Below, piece by piece: positions 12,659 through 22,684 of a stretch of 64,000 bases of DNA. A program made the position numbers and the translations under genes. The notes below the pieces were generated by a model that was given only the letters and a program-made list of their open reading frames with translations, ran no database searches and was not told the origin of the DNA. Origin of the DNA: an uncultured delta proteobacterium (GTDB lineage: Bacteria; Desulfobacterota; Binatia; Binatales; Binataceae); the NCBI GenBank assembly GCA_963794325.1, contig CAWCDG010000005.1:96001-160000 (forward strand), given 5' to 3'. Within the stretch, counting starts at the first letter, position 1; each line of letters opens with the position of its first letter.

Positions 12659-12946
12659 TCAGCCGCGCTTGTAAACAGAAAATTTCTGCTCGAGTTTTGT
12701 TACTCGCTCCTGAATCGAAGGTAAGCGTTGCACGCCGAGGAAGAATTGCACCAGTTCTTCGTGGCCGGCCTGGCCGCCGGGGCTCATTACTTCGACCAGT
12801 TCTTCTATCAGGCTGGGGAACTTTTCGCTCGGGATGTAGTAGTTCGCCCATCCGAAGTTGCAATGGCGATGTAGAATCTTGGCGATCGTTTTTTCGAGAA
12901 GCTCGCGGCGGCCGCCTGCGTGTTGCTGTTCGTTTTCGTTGTTCAC
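12659..12946 (-). CDS. Hypothetical protein
   Basis: 95-aa ORF, GTG start with GGGGAG RBS, downstream of the YiiX-like gene. Confidence 0.7.
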   Translation of the reverse strand: MNNENEQQHAGGRRELLEKTIAKILHRHCNFGWANYYIPSEKFPSLIEELVEVMSPGGQAGHEELVQFFLGVQRLPSIQERVTKLEQKFSVYKRG

Positions 12947-12986
12947 TGGATGCTCCCCTGGCTCAGATGGTGCTGGTGTTTCGCGC

Positions 12987-13889
12987 TCAGGCGCCCTTTT
13001 TTACCGGCGCGGGCGGTGCGTCGTCGGCCCACAAAATCTTGTGATAGTCGAAACGCATGCCTTCGATGATATTGAATTTGACGATTTCGAAATAGGGTGA
13101 CAAGTCGAAATCGCGCGGCGTGACCAGCGTCGGCGAGACCATCCTGAGGGCGCCGTATTGCAGCCAGCCGGTTGTCGATTTCGAGCCGATAGGCCACAGC
13201 TTGCGCTTGGGCGGCTCGGGCGGAGCCTGGGGCGGCAACTGCTCGTAGTTCGCCACGATCGGAAATTTCACGCGATGGAACGACGACGCGATTACGCTCG
13301 AACAGATGACGCGGGTCGGCTCGCCGCTGCCGAATTGCAGCGCCCGGCGGCGAAAGCGCGCGGGCACCAGGCTCACCGGCAGAAAGTAGCGCGCGAGATC
13401 GATCACGTTGCGCAAATCGTAAGTGTCGCCGACGCTGCGAATCGCCTCGTCCATCACGTCGGCCAGGTCCACCGCCGACAGGTTGAACGGGCGGCATACG
13501 CGGAGGTTGAAATCGCGATATTTGGTGAGCGGCGAGAGCACCACGCCGGCCTCGACGATCGCCTCGACCACCAGGAAATTCGCTTCTTCGCCGAATTGCG
13601 CGACCAGCGGCGCCTTCAGCTCGGGATTGCGGCGAATCGGCTCGTCACCGACGTACAGCGCCGAATGCGACCACGAGCTTTGCGTCAGATATTTGATGCA
13701 TTCGCTGATACGCTCGTTTCCCTCGACCAAAATCACGTCGCCTTTGCGAATGTGACGCTTGAGCGCGGAAATGTCGTTCGGTATGTGGAGCGCGTAACTC
13801 TTTAAAGGCTTGGTGAGCAGACCGACGGCCCAATCGCTCATCCGGTCCAGCAACCAGGAAATGATCCCCGATTTTTCGCGCCGAGCCAT
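12987..13889 (-). CDS. YiiX/YebB-like permuted papain-like (NlpC/P60) amidase
   Basis: GDVILV, SWSHSALY (His) preceding ICSS (Cys), YD motif, VTPRDF. Confidence 0.85.
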   Translation of the reverse strand: MARREKSGIISWLLDRMSDWAVGLLTKPLKSYALHIPNDISALKRHIRKGDVILVEGNERISECIKYLTQSSWSHSALYVGDEPIRRNPELKAPLVAQFGEEANFLVVEAIVEAGVVLSPLTKYRDFNLRVCRPFNLSAVDLADVMDEAIRSVGDTYDLRNVIDLARYFLPVSLVPARFRRRALQFGSGEPTRVICSSVIASSFHRVKFPIVANYEQLPPQAPPEPPKRKLWPIGSKSTTGWLQYGALRMVSPTLVTPRDFDLSPYFEIVKFNIIEGMRFDYHKILWADDAPPAPVKKGA

Positions 13890-13971
13890 TTCAGTGAATG
13901 AATATAGGAATGGAGGGCGGGGCGAAACAATGCGGGTGCGGCGGTGCCAGGAACCTAGCCGTCAAACCACG

Positions 13972-14013
13972 TAACCCCTAACCCCTTCCCATAGTGGGAA
14001 GGGGAACCGGATT
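13972..14013. repeat. REP-like family 1 copy (reverse)
   Basis: taacccctaaccccttcccatagtgggaaggggaaccggat. Confidence 0.9.
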
Positions 14014-14062
14014 TGAGAAAAACGGGAAGGCGACGGGATTACAGATGGAAAACAGATAAAGT

Positions 14063-15121
14063 TCAGGTTTTGAACTGGCCTACGATTGCGTAGAACGGGA
14101 CGTTCAGGGTTGCCTGGTCAGGGTCGTCGGTCTTTATCGTTAAATTGCCGCGGAGTTGGCCGTCAGGGGTGCCGTGTCTCAGAGTGACGGTCACCTTGTA
14201 TTCCTTGCCCGGGGTGACTGGCTCCGCGACAGCGCCGACGGCGGGACTGCTGCTTGCAACGTCGAGCACCTTGACCGGATGCGGCCCCTGGTTGCTCAGC
14301 TTGAAAATTCTCACGATGTCCTGTCCATGCGGCACGATCCCGAACGAAACCTGCGCCGGGTCGACGTTTAGATCGCCAGTCACCGTTCCAAAGACGTCAA
14401 CCTGCAGCGGCACGCGATTCGTGGTGATTTTAATCGTGTCGTCGAATGGCCCGGTCGGCATCGACTTGAGCAGCGAGACTTTCAGCAGCGCGCCGGGTTT
14501 GCCGTCGGGACGCTTCTCCTGCTCGACCTTGATCGACGAGTTCGAGTTGCTGATCGGGCCGACCGAGAACGCGCCGCGCGCCGGATTCAAATCGTTGACC
14601 AGCAATTCCTTGGTGCTTTCGGTTCCGCGTTTTACGTCGCCGAACGCGACTTCGCCCGGCACCGCCTCGACCTGCTTCTTGACGATCCCCTGCATCGTCA
14701 TCGCGACTTGCGGATTGTCGGGATCGTTGGTGAACGCCGTGATCGTGCGGACCTGGTGGCCCTTCTGGAAATGCGTGTCGAACGCCACCGCGATATCGGT
14801 CGTGTCGCCCGGCGCGACGTGCATCTTCGAGGGCTGACCGGTGGTGCATCCGCACGAAGTCTTCACGCCAGTGAGATCCAGATAGCCTTGGCCGTTGTTC
14901 TTGATGGTGAAGGTATGCGTGACCATCTGGCCTTCGAGCGCACTGCCGAAATCGTACAGCGGCGTGCTGACTACGGCCTTCGGCGCATGGCCCGGGGGCG
15001 CGCTGTTGCCGCCGGGAATCAGCGGATTCATGCTGCTGTCCTGCGCGAAGGCCGGCGCACTCGCGATCAATCCAATCATCAGTGTGAGAAGAATTCGTTT
15101 CATGGTTTTCAAGTTAGTCAC
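14063..15121 (-). CDS. Secreted DUF1573 (Ig-like repeat) protein
   Basis: Signal peptide, YDFG, V.TSCGCT, three Ig-like repeats. Confidence 0.85.
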   Translation of the reverse strand: MTNLKTMKRILLTLMIGLIASAPAFAQDSSMNPLIPGGNSAPPGHAPKAVVSTPLYDFGSALEGQMVTHTFTIKNNGQGYLDLTGVKTSCGCTTGQPSKMHVAPGDTTDIAVAFDTHFQKGHQVRTITAFTNDPDNPQVAMTMQGIVKKQVEAVPGEVAFGDVKRGTESTKELLVNDLNPARGAFSVGPISNSNSSIKVEQEKRPDGKPGALLKVSLLKSMPTGPFDDTIKITTNRVPLQVDVFGTVTGDLNVDPAQVSFGIVPHGQDIVRIFKLSNQGPHPVKVLDVASSSPAVGAVAEPVTPGKEYKVTVTLRHGTPDGQLRGNLTIKTDDPDQATLNVPFYAIVGQFKT

Positions 15122-15188
15122 GTGCCTTGCGGACGAGGCTGTCGAGCCTCGAACCGCACTCTATCAATTATGGCGCGGAGCGTTGCGG

Positions 15189-16571
15189 TCAAGAGGCCTT
15201 GCTTACCGGTGCGTGCGCGGCTTCGCGATGGGCCGGTTCATAGCGGGTAAGAAAATCGGTCGCGTATTCGCCGCGATTGAAATCCGGATCGTGCAGAATC
15301 TTCAGATGCAGCGGGATGTTGGTCTTGATGCCGTCGACTACGTACTCGCGCAGCGCAGCCTTGGCCCGCGCGATAACTTCCGGCCGCGTCTCGGCATGCA
15401 CGATCAGCTTTGCAATCAGCGGATCATACTGCACCGGCACCCGATAGCCGTCGTACAGCGCCGTCTCGACCCGCACGCCCAGACCGCCCGGCGTATGATG
15501 ATTCGTCACGACGCCCGGCGACGGAATGCCACGCTCGGGATCCTCGGCGTAGATGCGAAACTCCATCGAGGCGCCCTCGAAGGTCACCTGCCGCTGCTTG
15601 AGCGCGAGCTTCTCGCCCATCGCCATCTTGATGCTTTCCTTCACCAGGTCGACGCCGGTAACCATCTCGGTCACGCCGTGCTCGACCTGGATGCGGGTGT
15701 TCATCTCGATAAAATAAAACTCGCCGCTGCCCGCGAGCAGAAACTCGACAGTGCCGACGTTGGAATAGCCGACGACTTCCGCCGCGCGCACCGCCGCCTT
15801 GCCCATCTTCTCGCGCAGCCGCGGGGTCAGAATCGGGCACGGCGATTCCTCGACGACCTTCTGATGACGCCGCTGGATCGAGCAGTCGCGCTCGCCAAGA
15901 TGAATCGCGTTGCGCTGCAGGTCGGCAAGAATCTGAAACTCGACGTGACGCGCGCGCTCGAGATATTTTTCGAGATACATTTTCTTCGAGCTGAACGACG
16001 CTTCGGATTCGCCCTGCGCCAGCGCAAATAAATGGGTGAGCTCGTCCGCGTTGCGAACGACTCGCATCCCCTTGCCGCCACCGCCGGCCGCCGCCTTGAT
16101 CAACACCGGATAGCCGAGGCGCTTGGCGTCCACTTGAGCCTCGCGCAACTCGGTGACGCCAGTGCCCTCACTACCCGGCAGCACCGGAACGCCGGCACGC
16201 TTCATGATTCGTCGCGCGCGCGGCTTGTCGCCCATCAACCTGATGTGACGCGCACGAGGGCCGACGAAATTCAGCCCCGACTTCTGGCACGCTTCGGCGA
16301 AGTCGCCGTTTTCGGACAGGAAGCCGTAGCCCGGATGAACCGCATCGGCGCCGAAGGTCGTCGCGGCGCTGAGAATCGCCGGGATATTGAGGTAGCTGTC
16401 TTCCGCCGCCGGCGGGCCGATACATACCGACTCGTCGGCCATCCGCACATGCAGCGCATTCTTGTCGGCGGTCGAGTAAACCGCGACGGTTAAAATTCCC
16501 AGCTCACGGCATGCGCGAATTATCCGGATTGCGATTGTCCCGCGATTTGCGACCAGCAGTTTTTTGAACAT
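15189..16571 (-). CDS. accC: Acetyl-CoA carboxylase, biotin carboxylase subunit
   Basis: LVANRG, HPGYGFLSEN, GGGGKGM, ERDCSIQRRHQK, EMNTRIQVEH. Confidence 0.95.
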   Translation of the reverse strand: MFKKLLVANRGTIAIRIIRACRELGILTVAVYSTADKNALHVRMADESVCIGPPAAEDSYLNIPAILSAATTFGADAVHPGYGFLSENGDFAEACQKSGLNFVGPRARHIRLMGDKPRARRIMKRAGVPVLPGSEGTGVTELREAQVDAKRLGYPVLIKAAAGGGGKGMRVVRNADELTHLFALAQGESEASFSSKKMYLEKYLERARHVEFQILADLQRNAIHLGERDCSIQRRHQKVVEESPCPILTPRLREKMGKAAVRAAEVVGYSNVGTVEFLLAGSGEFYFIEMNTRIQVEHGVTEMVTGVDLVKESIKMAMGEKLALKQRQVTFEGASMEFRIYAEDPERGIPSPGVVTNHHTPGGLGVRVETALYDGYRVPVQYDPLIAKLIVHAETRPEVIARAKAALREYVVDGIKTNIPLHLKILHDPDFNRGEYATDFLTRYEPAHREAAHAPVSKAS

Positions 16572-16590
16572 CGGCGAACGCTCCGCCCCG

Positions 16591-17088
16591 TCAAATCACT
16601 TCGATGATCATCAGGGGTTGACCGTATTCTATAGGATTCCCGTTCTCCGCGAGGATTCTTATCACGCGCCCCGCGGCCGGCGATTCGACTTCGTTCATCA
16701 TCTTCATCGCTTCGATAATGCAGAGCGGCTGGCCCTTGCGCACCGACGATCCTTCCTCGACGAACGGCGCCGCGTCGGGCGAAGCTGCGCGGTAGAAAGT
16801 GCCAACCATCGGGCTTTCGATCAATTTCTGATTCGGCGCGAGATCGATTTTCCCCGCCGCCCGCGAGCCGTCCTCTGCCGTCGCCTCGACGTGCCGCGTC
16901 GCCATCTTGATCGGCGAGGCTGCGCGCGCTGCGATATGCGCCTCCGAGCCTGTCTCAGTCTGATCCACCGACGCGCGACCGCCGCCGCGCACCAGCCGCA
17001 CCTTGCCCTTCTTGTCCTCGATTTCGAGTTCGACCAGCCCGTAATCGCGCATCAGGACCAGCAAGGTTTTCAGCTCGCGTACTTCCAT
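16591..17088 (-). CDS. accB: Biotin carboxyl carrier protein
   Basis: [13 protein letters not shown] biotinylation site; ATG 17088 with RBS. Confidence 0.93.
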   Translation of the reverse strand: MEVRELKTLLVLMRDYGLVELEIEDKKGKVRLVRGGGRASVDQTETGSEAHIAARAASPIKMATRHVEATAEDGSRAAGKIDLAPNQKLIESPMVGTFYRAASPDAAPFVEEGSSVRKGQPLCIIEAMKMMNEVESPAAGRVIRILAENGNPIEYGQPLMIIEVI

Positions 17089-17152
17089 CCCTTCTCCGTG
17101 TCGTGTTGCAATCGCGGATCGTCGGCGTTCTGGATCGTTGTCCGCCATGCGA

Positions 17153-17680
17153 CTAGCCACTCCGTCGGCGCGACTCCTCTGCAATCGTGCGCGCCGCTCT
17201 GAGAGCCAAACTGTAGCTCTCGGCGCCAAATCCCATGATTCGGCCGTGCGCGATATCCGCGATCGTCGAATGATGCCGGAACGGCTCGCGCTTATACACG
17301 TTCGACAGATGCACTTCGATCACCGGAATATTCACCGCCGCGATCGCGTCGCGAATCGCAACGCTGGTGTGGGTGTATGCGCCCGGATTTATCAATAGTA
17401 CGTCGCACTTGCCGCGCGCTTTCTGAATTCGATCGACGATCCCGCCTTCACTGTTCGACTGAAACGTCTCAACCTTCATCTTAAGCTCGAGTCCCAGCCG
17501 CTTCAGTTCCTTGTCGATATCGGCCAGCTTTGTCCTGCCATAGACTTCGGGCTCGCGTTCGCCGAGCAGATTAAGGTTGGGTCCATGAACGACCAGCACC
17601 GCGATTTGGCCACCCGATGAAGGCTCGCCAGCCGAATCCCGCGCTTTAGCCCTCGTCGCCACACCACTCCTCACTGTCAT
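17153..17680 (-). CDS. aroQ: Type II 3-dehydroquinate dehydratase
   Basis: [30 protein letters not shown]; aroQ-accB-accC synteny. Confidence 0.96.
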   Translation of the reverse strand: MTVRSGVATRAKARDSAGEPSSGGQIAVLVVHGPNLNLLGEREPEVYGRTKLADIDKELKRLGLELKMKVETFQSNSEGGIVDRIQKARGKCDVLLINPGAYTHTSVAIRDAIAAVNIPVIEVHLSNVYKREPFRHHSTIADIAHGRIMGFGAESYSLALRAARTIAEESRRRSG

Positions 17681-17734
17681 TGAACCGCACCCTCAAAGCG
17701 ACTGCAAGCGCGGGGGTTATCCACTGTCCACCGG

Positions 17735-18619
17735 TCAGTCATCACTAGAATCGTCATCGCGCGCCTTGAGCGCATCCTGATACACTTCGCGACGGCCCTT
17801 CCCAGTCAGCCGCGCGACTACCGCGCTCGCCTGTTTGAGGCCCAGCCCTGCTTCGCGCAGGATTTCGAGCGCCTCATGCGCATCGATCGCGACGTTCTCC
17901 GCATCCTCTTGCTGCGCAGCTCCCGCGACGACGATCACGATCTCGCCCAGCGCGGGCGTCGCGCGAAATTTGCGCTCCAGCTCACCCAGCGTCCCGCGAA
18001 TCGTCCGCTCGTAAGTCTTGGTGATTTCGCAGACCACGGCCGCATCGCGCGACTCGCCGAATGCGGTCGCCATCGCGCCCAGCGTATCCGTCACTCGGCG
18101 CGAAGCTTCGTAGAAGACCATCGTGCGGGACTCGCGGCGCAGTTCTTCCAGCGCCTTTCGCCGAGCCGCGTCGCGCGAGGGGACAAATCCTTCGAAGGTG
18201 AACCTGTCGGTGGGGATTCCGGCAATCGACAGCGCCGCGATCGCCGCCGATGCTCCCGGCACCGCGATCACCGGCACGTTCGCGTCCAACGCCGCGCGCA
18301 CCAGCCGAAAACCAGGATCGGAAATCGCCGGCGTGCCCGCATCCGTGACGATCGCGATTTTTTCGCCGGCCTTCAACCGCGCGACCAGCTCGGGAACGCG
18401 CCGTTCCTCGTTATGCTCGAAATGGCTGACGGTCGGCGTGCCAATCTGATGACGCGCGAGCATCTGCCCGGTGCGCCGCGTGTCCTCGCATGCGATCAGG
18501 CTGACTTCCGCGAGAGTGCGGATCGCCCGCGCCGAAATGTCGTCGGGATTTCCGATCGGCGTCGCGACCACGTACAAAATCCCGTCGCCCCCGGTTTGTC
18601 TAATTGTGCGAGCAGACAT
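17735..18619 (-). CDS. rsmI: 16S rRNA (cytidine-1402-2'-O)-methyltransferase
   Basis: LYVVATPIGN, ACEDTR, DAGTPAISDPG. Confidence 0.96.
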   Translation of the reverse strand: MSARTIRQTGGDGILYVVATPIGNPDDISARAIRTLAEVSLIACEDTRRTGQMLARHQIGTPTVSHFEHNEERRVPELVARLKAGEKIAIVTDAGTPAISDPGFRLVRAALDANVPVIAVPGASAAIAALSIAGIPTDRFTFEGFVPSRDAARRKALEELRRESRTMVFYEASRRVTDTLGAMATAFGESRDAAVVCEITKTYERTIRGTLGELERKFRATPALGEIVIVVAGAAQQEDAENVAIDAHEALEILREAGLGLKQASAVVARLTGKGRREVYQDALKARDDDSSDD

Positions 18620-18670
18620 TACAATTCGATTTGGAATTCAAAGTGACTATTTGTCCCGGGAGTAATCAGC

Positions 18671-19536
18671 GTGGCCGAAGGCAAAGCAACCCTGCTCATC
18701 TCATGCATCGACCGCCCCGGCCTCATCGCGAAAGTCGCCACTCACCTTTACACGCTCGGCTGCAATATTATCACCTCGGACCAGTACTCCGACGACGAGG
18801 ACGGCCACTTTTTCTGGCGCATCCACTTCGAAAGCCTGCGATTACCAGTAAGCGAGCTACAGAATGAACTCGACGCCTCGATGACGTCGATGTTACCGTG
18901 GGAGCACCTCAAGTGGGCTCTCTTCGACGCCGCCAAGCGCGACCGAATCGTCATCATGGTTTCGCGACTGCCGCATTGCATGATCGATCTGCTCAGCCGG
19001 CATCATGTCGGCGAACTGGATGGCGACGTGGTCGGCGTTGTCAGCAATCATCCCGACCTCGAATCGCTGGTGCGTCCGTTCGAAGTCCCGTTCAAGGTGA
19101 TTCCGGTCACCAAGGATAGCAAGTCGGAATCCGAAGCCGCGCTACTGAAGCATCTCGGCGAACTCAAGGCGGACACTGTCGTGCTCGCGCGCTATATGCA
19201 GGTGCTGTCCGGCCGAATTTCTGCGCGTCATGGAACAAGCCGATCGTCAACATCCACCACAGCTTCCTGCCCGCGTTCGCCGGTCAGCGTCCGCACAAAC
19301 AAGCACATGACCGCGGCGTCAAACTAATCGGCGCCACCGCGCACTATGTGACCGAAGAACTCGATGCCGGCCCGATAATCGCGCAAGCCACCACCCCGAT
19401 GACCCATCGCGACACCGTCGCCGACCTCGCGCGCAAGGGCAAGGACCTCGAAGTGATGGTGTTAGCGAAGGCAGTGAGAGCCCACCTGAAAAAACAGGTG
19501 CTCCTGCATCACAACCGCACAATCGTCTTCGAGTAG
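18671..19536 (+). CDS. purU: Formyltetrahydrofolate deformylase, frameshifted at ~19208-19221
   Basis: ACT domain [14 protein letters not shown]; [10 protein letters not shown]...[13 protein letters not shown] continues in another frame. Confidence 0.9.
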
Positions 19537-19544
19537 CATTCCTT

Positions 19545-19630
19545 CTGGTTCCCTCGCCCCACGAGGGGAGAGGTTACACTCCGTAATCCGGTTCCCCTTC
19601 CCGCTGGGGAAGGGGTTAGGGGTTAGGTTC
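19545..19630. repeat. REP-like family 1 tandem doublet
   Basis: Degenerate hairpin + ggttac + aatccggttccccttcccgctggggaaggggttaggggttaggtt; same architecture as 29-122. Confidence 0.9.
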
Positions 19631-19639
19631 CCAATCTGC

Positions 19640-21130
19640 TCAGGCCGGCCCAGTAAAGAAATTCAACGACCGATTCGCAAACGAAATAATCGGCGACCAG
19701 TACAGTCCAAATACAATCGTCGCGCAGACCAGCACTCCCATCAGGCCGTAGTTCCACGAATCGAAGCGCACCGTGCCTTCGTCGCCGCGCGGCTGCTCGA
19801 AGAACATAATGCGAATCGGCTTCAAGTAGTAATACAGCGACACTACTGAATTGAGTATTCCGACAATAGCCAGTATGTAGAACTGACCTTTAATCACTGC
19901 CGCGAACAAATAGAATTTACCAATGAAGCCCACGGTCAGTGGGATACCAGTCAGCGAAAAAAGAAATATAGTCAGTGCGACCGCCGGAACGATTCCGCCG
20001 CGCCACGCCAGCCCGCGGTATGCCTCAACATCCTCGCGGCCGGTCGAGTTCGCGACAATCATGACTACCAGGAACGCCCCTGCGTCCATTACGTAGTAGG
20101 CGAACAGGTAGAACAGCATCGCGCGGATGCCGTCGTTCGAGAGCACGACGAATCCCATCAACGCGTAACCGGCCTGCGCGATACTGGAATACGCGAGCAG
20201 CCGCTTCATGTTGGTCTGCTGCAGCGCCGCGAGATTGCCGAGCGTCATCGTAATGATGCAGACGAACAGAAGCAGTTGCGGCCAATCGACTCCCGCAAGC
20301 GCGGTCCAGCTACCGCCCGCCGTCAGATGCGAAATAGCAGGGAAGAAAAAGCGCGTCAGTAGTGCAAAGCCCGCGGCCTTCGATCCGATCGCGAGGAAAG
20401 TCGTAATCGGAATCGGCGCGCCGGTGTAAACGTCGGGCGCCCACATATGAAACGGCACCGACGAAACCTTGTAGCCCATCCCGGTCAGGATCAGCACCAG
20501 CGCGATGAACACGGCGAGGACCGGCAGATGCGCCGGCGTCGAGAGCGCCTTGTTGATCACGCTGAAGTCGAGCGAGCCGGTGATTCCGAAAATCCAGCTC
20601 ATCCCGTAAATCATCGTGCCCGACGCGACGCCGCCGTAAATCAAATACTTGAGTGCGGCTTCGAGCGAGCGCCGGTTGTGTCGCAGAAACCCGGTCAGAA
20701 TGTACGAGGTCAGGCTGACGAACTCGAGCGACAGGTACGCCATCAGCAGATTCGCCGACTCGGCCATCAGGAACATCGCGAAGGTGCTCGCGAGCAGTAT
20801 CGCGTAGTACTCGCCCTGGTCGCAGTTTTTCACTTCCTCGGACCCGATCGACATCCAGATGGCCACCACGGCCGCCAATGCGATCAGCGCGCGGAAGTAA
20901 ATCGCGAACGAATCGAAAACCAACATCCGGTGGAATAGCCATGCACCGCCGGGGAGCGCCGGCTCCAGGGCAATCCGGATCAGCGCCACCGCGGCGACGA
21001 TCAGCGCCACTGCGCCGATGGCCGATTTGTCGCGCACGATCAAATCGATGATCACGATCGCCAGAACTCCGACGGCAAGGACCGTCTCCGGCATGAAGTG
21101 TTGCAGGCTCGCGAGGTTTCCGAGATCCAT
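19640..21130 (-). CDS. nuoN: NADH-quinone oxidoreductase subunit N
   Basis: EAALKY, VPFHMWAPDVY.GAP, KRLLAYSSIAQ. Confidence 0.95.
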   Translation of the reverse strand: MDLGNLASLQHFMPETVLAVGVLAIVIIDLIVRDKSAIGAVALIVAAVALIRIALEPALPGGAWLFHRMLVFDSFAIYFRALIALAAVVAIWMSIGSEEVKNCDQGEYYAILLASTFAMFLMAESANLLMAYLSLEFVSLTSYILTGFLRHNRRSLEAALKYLIYGGVASGTMIYGMSWIFGITGSLDFSVINKALSTPAHLPVLAVFIALVLILTGMGYKVSSVPFHMWAPDVYTGAPIPITTFLAIGSKAAGFALLTRFFFPAISHLTAGGSWTALAGVDWPQLLLFVCIITMTLGNLAALQQTNMKRLLAYSSIAQAGYALMGFVVLSNDGIRAMLFYLFAYYVMDAGAFLVVMIVANSTGREDVEAYRGLAWRGGIVPAVALTIFLFSLTGIPLTVGFIGKFYLFAAVIKGQFYILAIVGILNSVVSLYYYLKPIRIMFFEQPRGDEGTVRFDSWNYGLMGVLVCATIVFGLYWSPIISFANRSLNFFTGPA

Positions 21131-21147
21131 CTACTTCCTGCCAAGCC

Positions 21148-22647
21148 CTAGTGAAGCATCGCGACGGCTGCGCCCGAGGTCGACAACACAACCTGGTTGA
21201 GATGCACCAGCGAAGTGTTGAGCAGGCCAATAATTGCATTCGGATAAACGCCGAGTATCAGCACGATGATCGCGAGCGGAACCAGCGTGAAGGCCTCGCG
21301 GAACGACAAATCCGGAAAGTCCTTGTACTTCTCATTGAGCGGGCCGAGATAGATTCGCTGGAAGGTCCAGAGTAGATAGCCCGCTGTGAGAATAGCGGTC
21401 GCCGCACCGAACGCGACCATCAGCGGATGCCTCGGCCATGCGCCGAGCAGCACCAGCACTTCCGAAATAAACGCGGACATCCCCGGCAGTCCCATGCCCG
21501 CGAAAAACGCAAACCCGGTAATCGCCGTGTATATCGGCATCTGCTGCGCGAGGCCGCCGAAGCCGTTTATCTCGCGATGGTGTGCGCGGTCGTAAATCAC
21601 GCCGACCAGGAGAAAGAGCATCGCCGTGATCGTTCCGTGATTGAACATCTGCAGCACGGCGCCGTTAATTCCCGCCGCCGTGAAGGCCGCCAGCCCGAGC
21701 ATCACGTAACCCATGTGACTAATCGACGAATAGGCAATCAACTTCTTATAGTCAGTCTGCGCCATCGCGCACATCGCGCCATATACTATGTTGATAGTGC
21801 CGATCACGCCGAGGAACAGCCACGCGAGCTGATAGCTGGCGGCAGGCAGCACCGCAAAATTGACGCGCAGAATGCCGTAAGTGCCCATCTTCAGCAGCAC
21901 GCCGGCGAGTATCACCGAGATGGCAGTGGGCGCTTCGACGTGCGCGTCGGGCAGCCAGGTATGGAACGGGAACGCGGGAATCTTGATCGCGAAGCCGATG
22001 AACAGTGCAATCCAGACTATTCGCTGAAACCCAATTGAGTAGTGACTCGAATTCGCCGCCAACTCAGTCAAATCAAAAGTTGGAGTAGCGCCGTAGTAAT
22101 ACAGTCCCAGCATCGCCAGCAGAATGAGTACTGAACCGAGCAGTGTATAGAGAAAAAACTTGATCGCGGCGTACTCGCGTCGCGGACCGCCCCAGATGCC
22201 GATAAGAAAGTACATCGGCAGCAGCATCACTTCCCAGAAAATATAGAAGAGGAAGAAATCGAGCGATACGAAGACGCCCATCATGCCGGTATCGAGCATC
22301 AGCAGCATCGCGTAGTAGCCCTTCTCCGCGCGATTGATGCCGAAGCTGGCGAACACCGAGATGAACATGATCAGCGCCGTCAGCAGAATCATCGAGATGC
22401 TGATGCCGTCCACGCCGATGAAGTAGCTAATGTGGTACGCGGGCATCCACGATGCTTTCTCGGCGAACTGCACCGCGCTGGTGGTCGTGTCGAAGTTCTC
22501 GTAGAGGTAAATGGCTATCAGCAGTTGCGGAATCGTCGCCGCGACCGCGATCCACTTCGATAGATTCTTCATCGAGTCGGGCAGCGCGAGAATCAGGATC
22601 ATCCCGGCGATCGGAACAAAGGTTATCAGCGTAAGCGCGTGACTCAT
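21148..22647 (-). CDS. nuoM: NADH-quinone oxidoreductase subunit M
   Basis: FWEVMLLPMY, PFHTWLPDAHVEAPT, LIAYSSISHMG; ATG 22647. Confidence 0.95.
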   Translation of the reverse strand: MSHALTLITFVPIAGMILILALPDSMKNLSKWIAVAATIPQLLIAIYLYENFDTTTSAVQFAEKASWMPAYHISYFIGVDGISISMILLTALIMFISVFASFGINRAEKGYYAMLLMLDTGMMGVFVSLDFFLFYIFWEVMLLPMYFLIGIWGGPRREYAAIKFFLYTLLGSVLILLAMLGLYYYGATPTFDLTELAANSSHYSIGFQRIVWIALFIGFAIKIPAFPFHTWLPDAHVEAPTAISVILAGVLLKMGTYGILRVNFAVLPAASYQLAWLFLGVIGTINIVYGAMCAMAQTDYKKLIAYSSISHMGYVMLGLAAFTAAGINGAVLQMFNHGTITAMLFLLVGVIYDRAHHREINGFGGLAQQMPIYTAITGFAFFAGMGLPGMSAFISEVLVLLGAWPRHPLMVAFGAATAILTAGYLLWTFQRIYLGPLNEKYKDFPDLSFREAFTLVPLAIIVLILGVYPNAIIGLLNTSLVHLNQVVLSTSGAAVAMLH

Positions 22648-22684
22648 TTCAATTTTCGCTCTTCCCGTTTCCCTTGATAGCTCG

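Noticed and set aside
15189-17680. aroQ-accB-accC linkage as novel
   Set aside because: Well-known conserved synteny in many bacteria.
19205-19225. Programmed ribosomal frameshift in purU and other split genes
   Set aside because: No slippery heptamer; purU and the dehalogenase each show two separate insertions; no recoding is known for these families.
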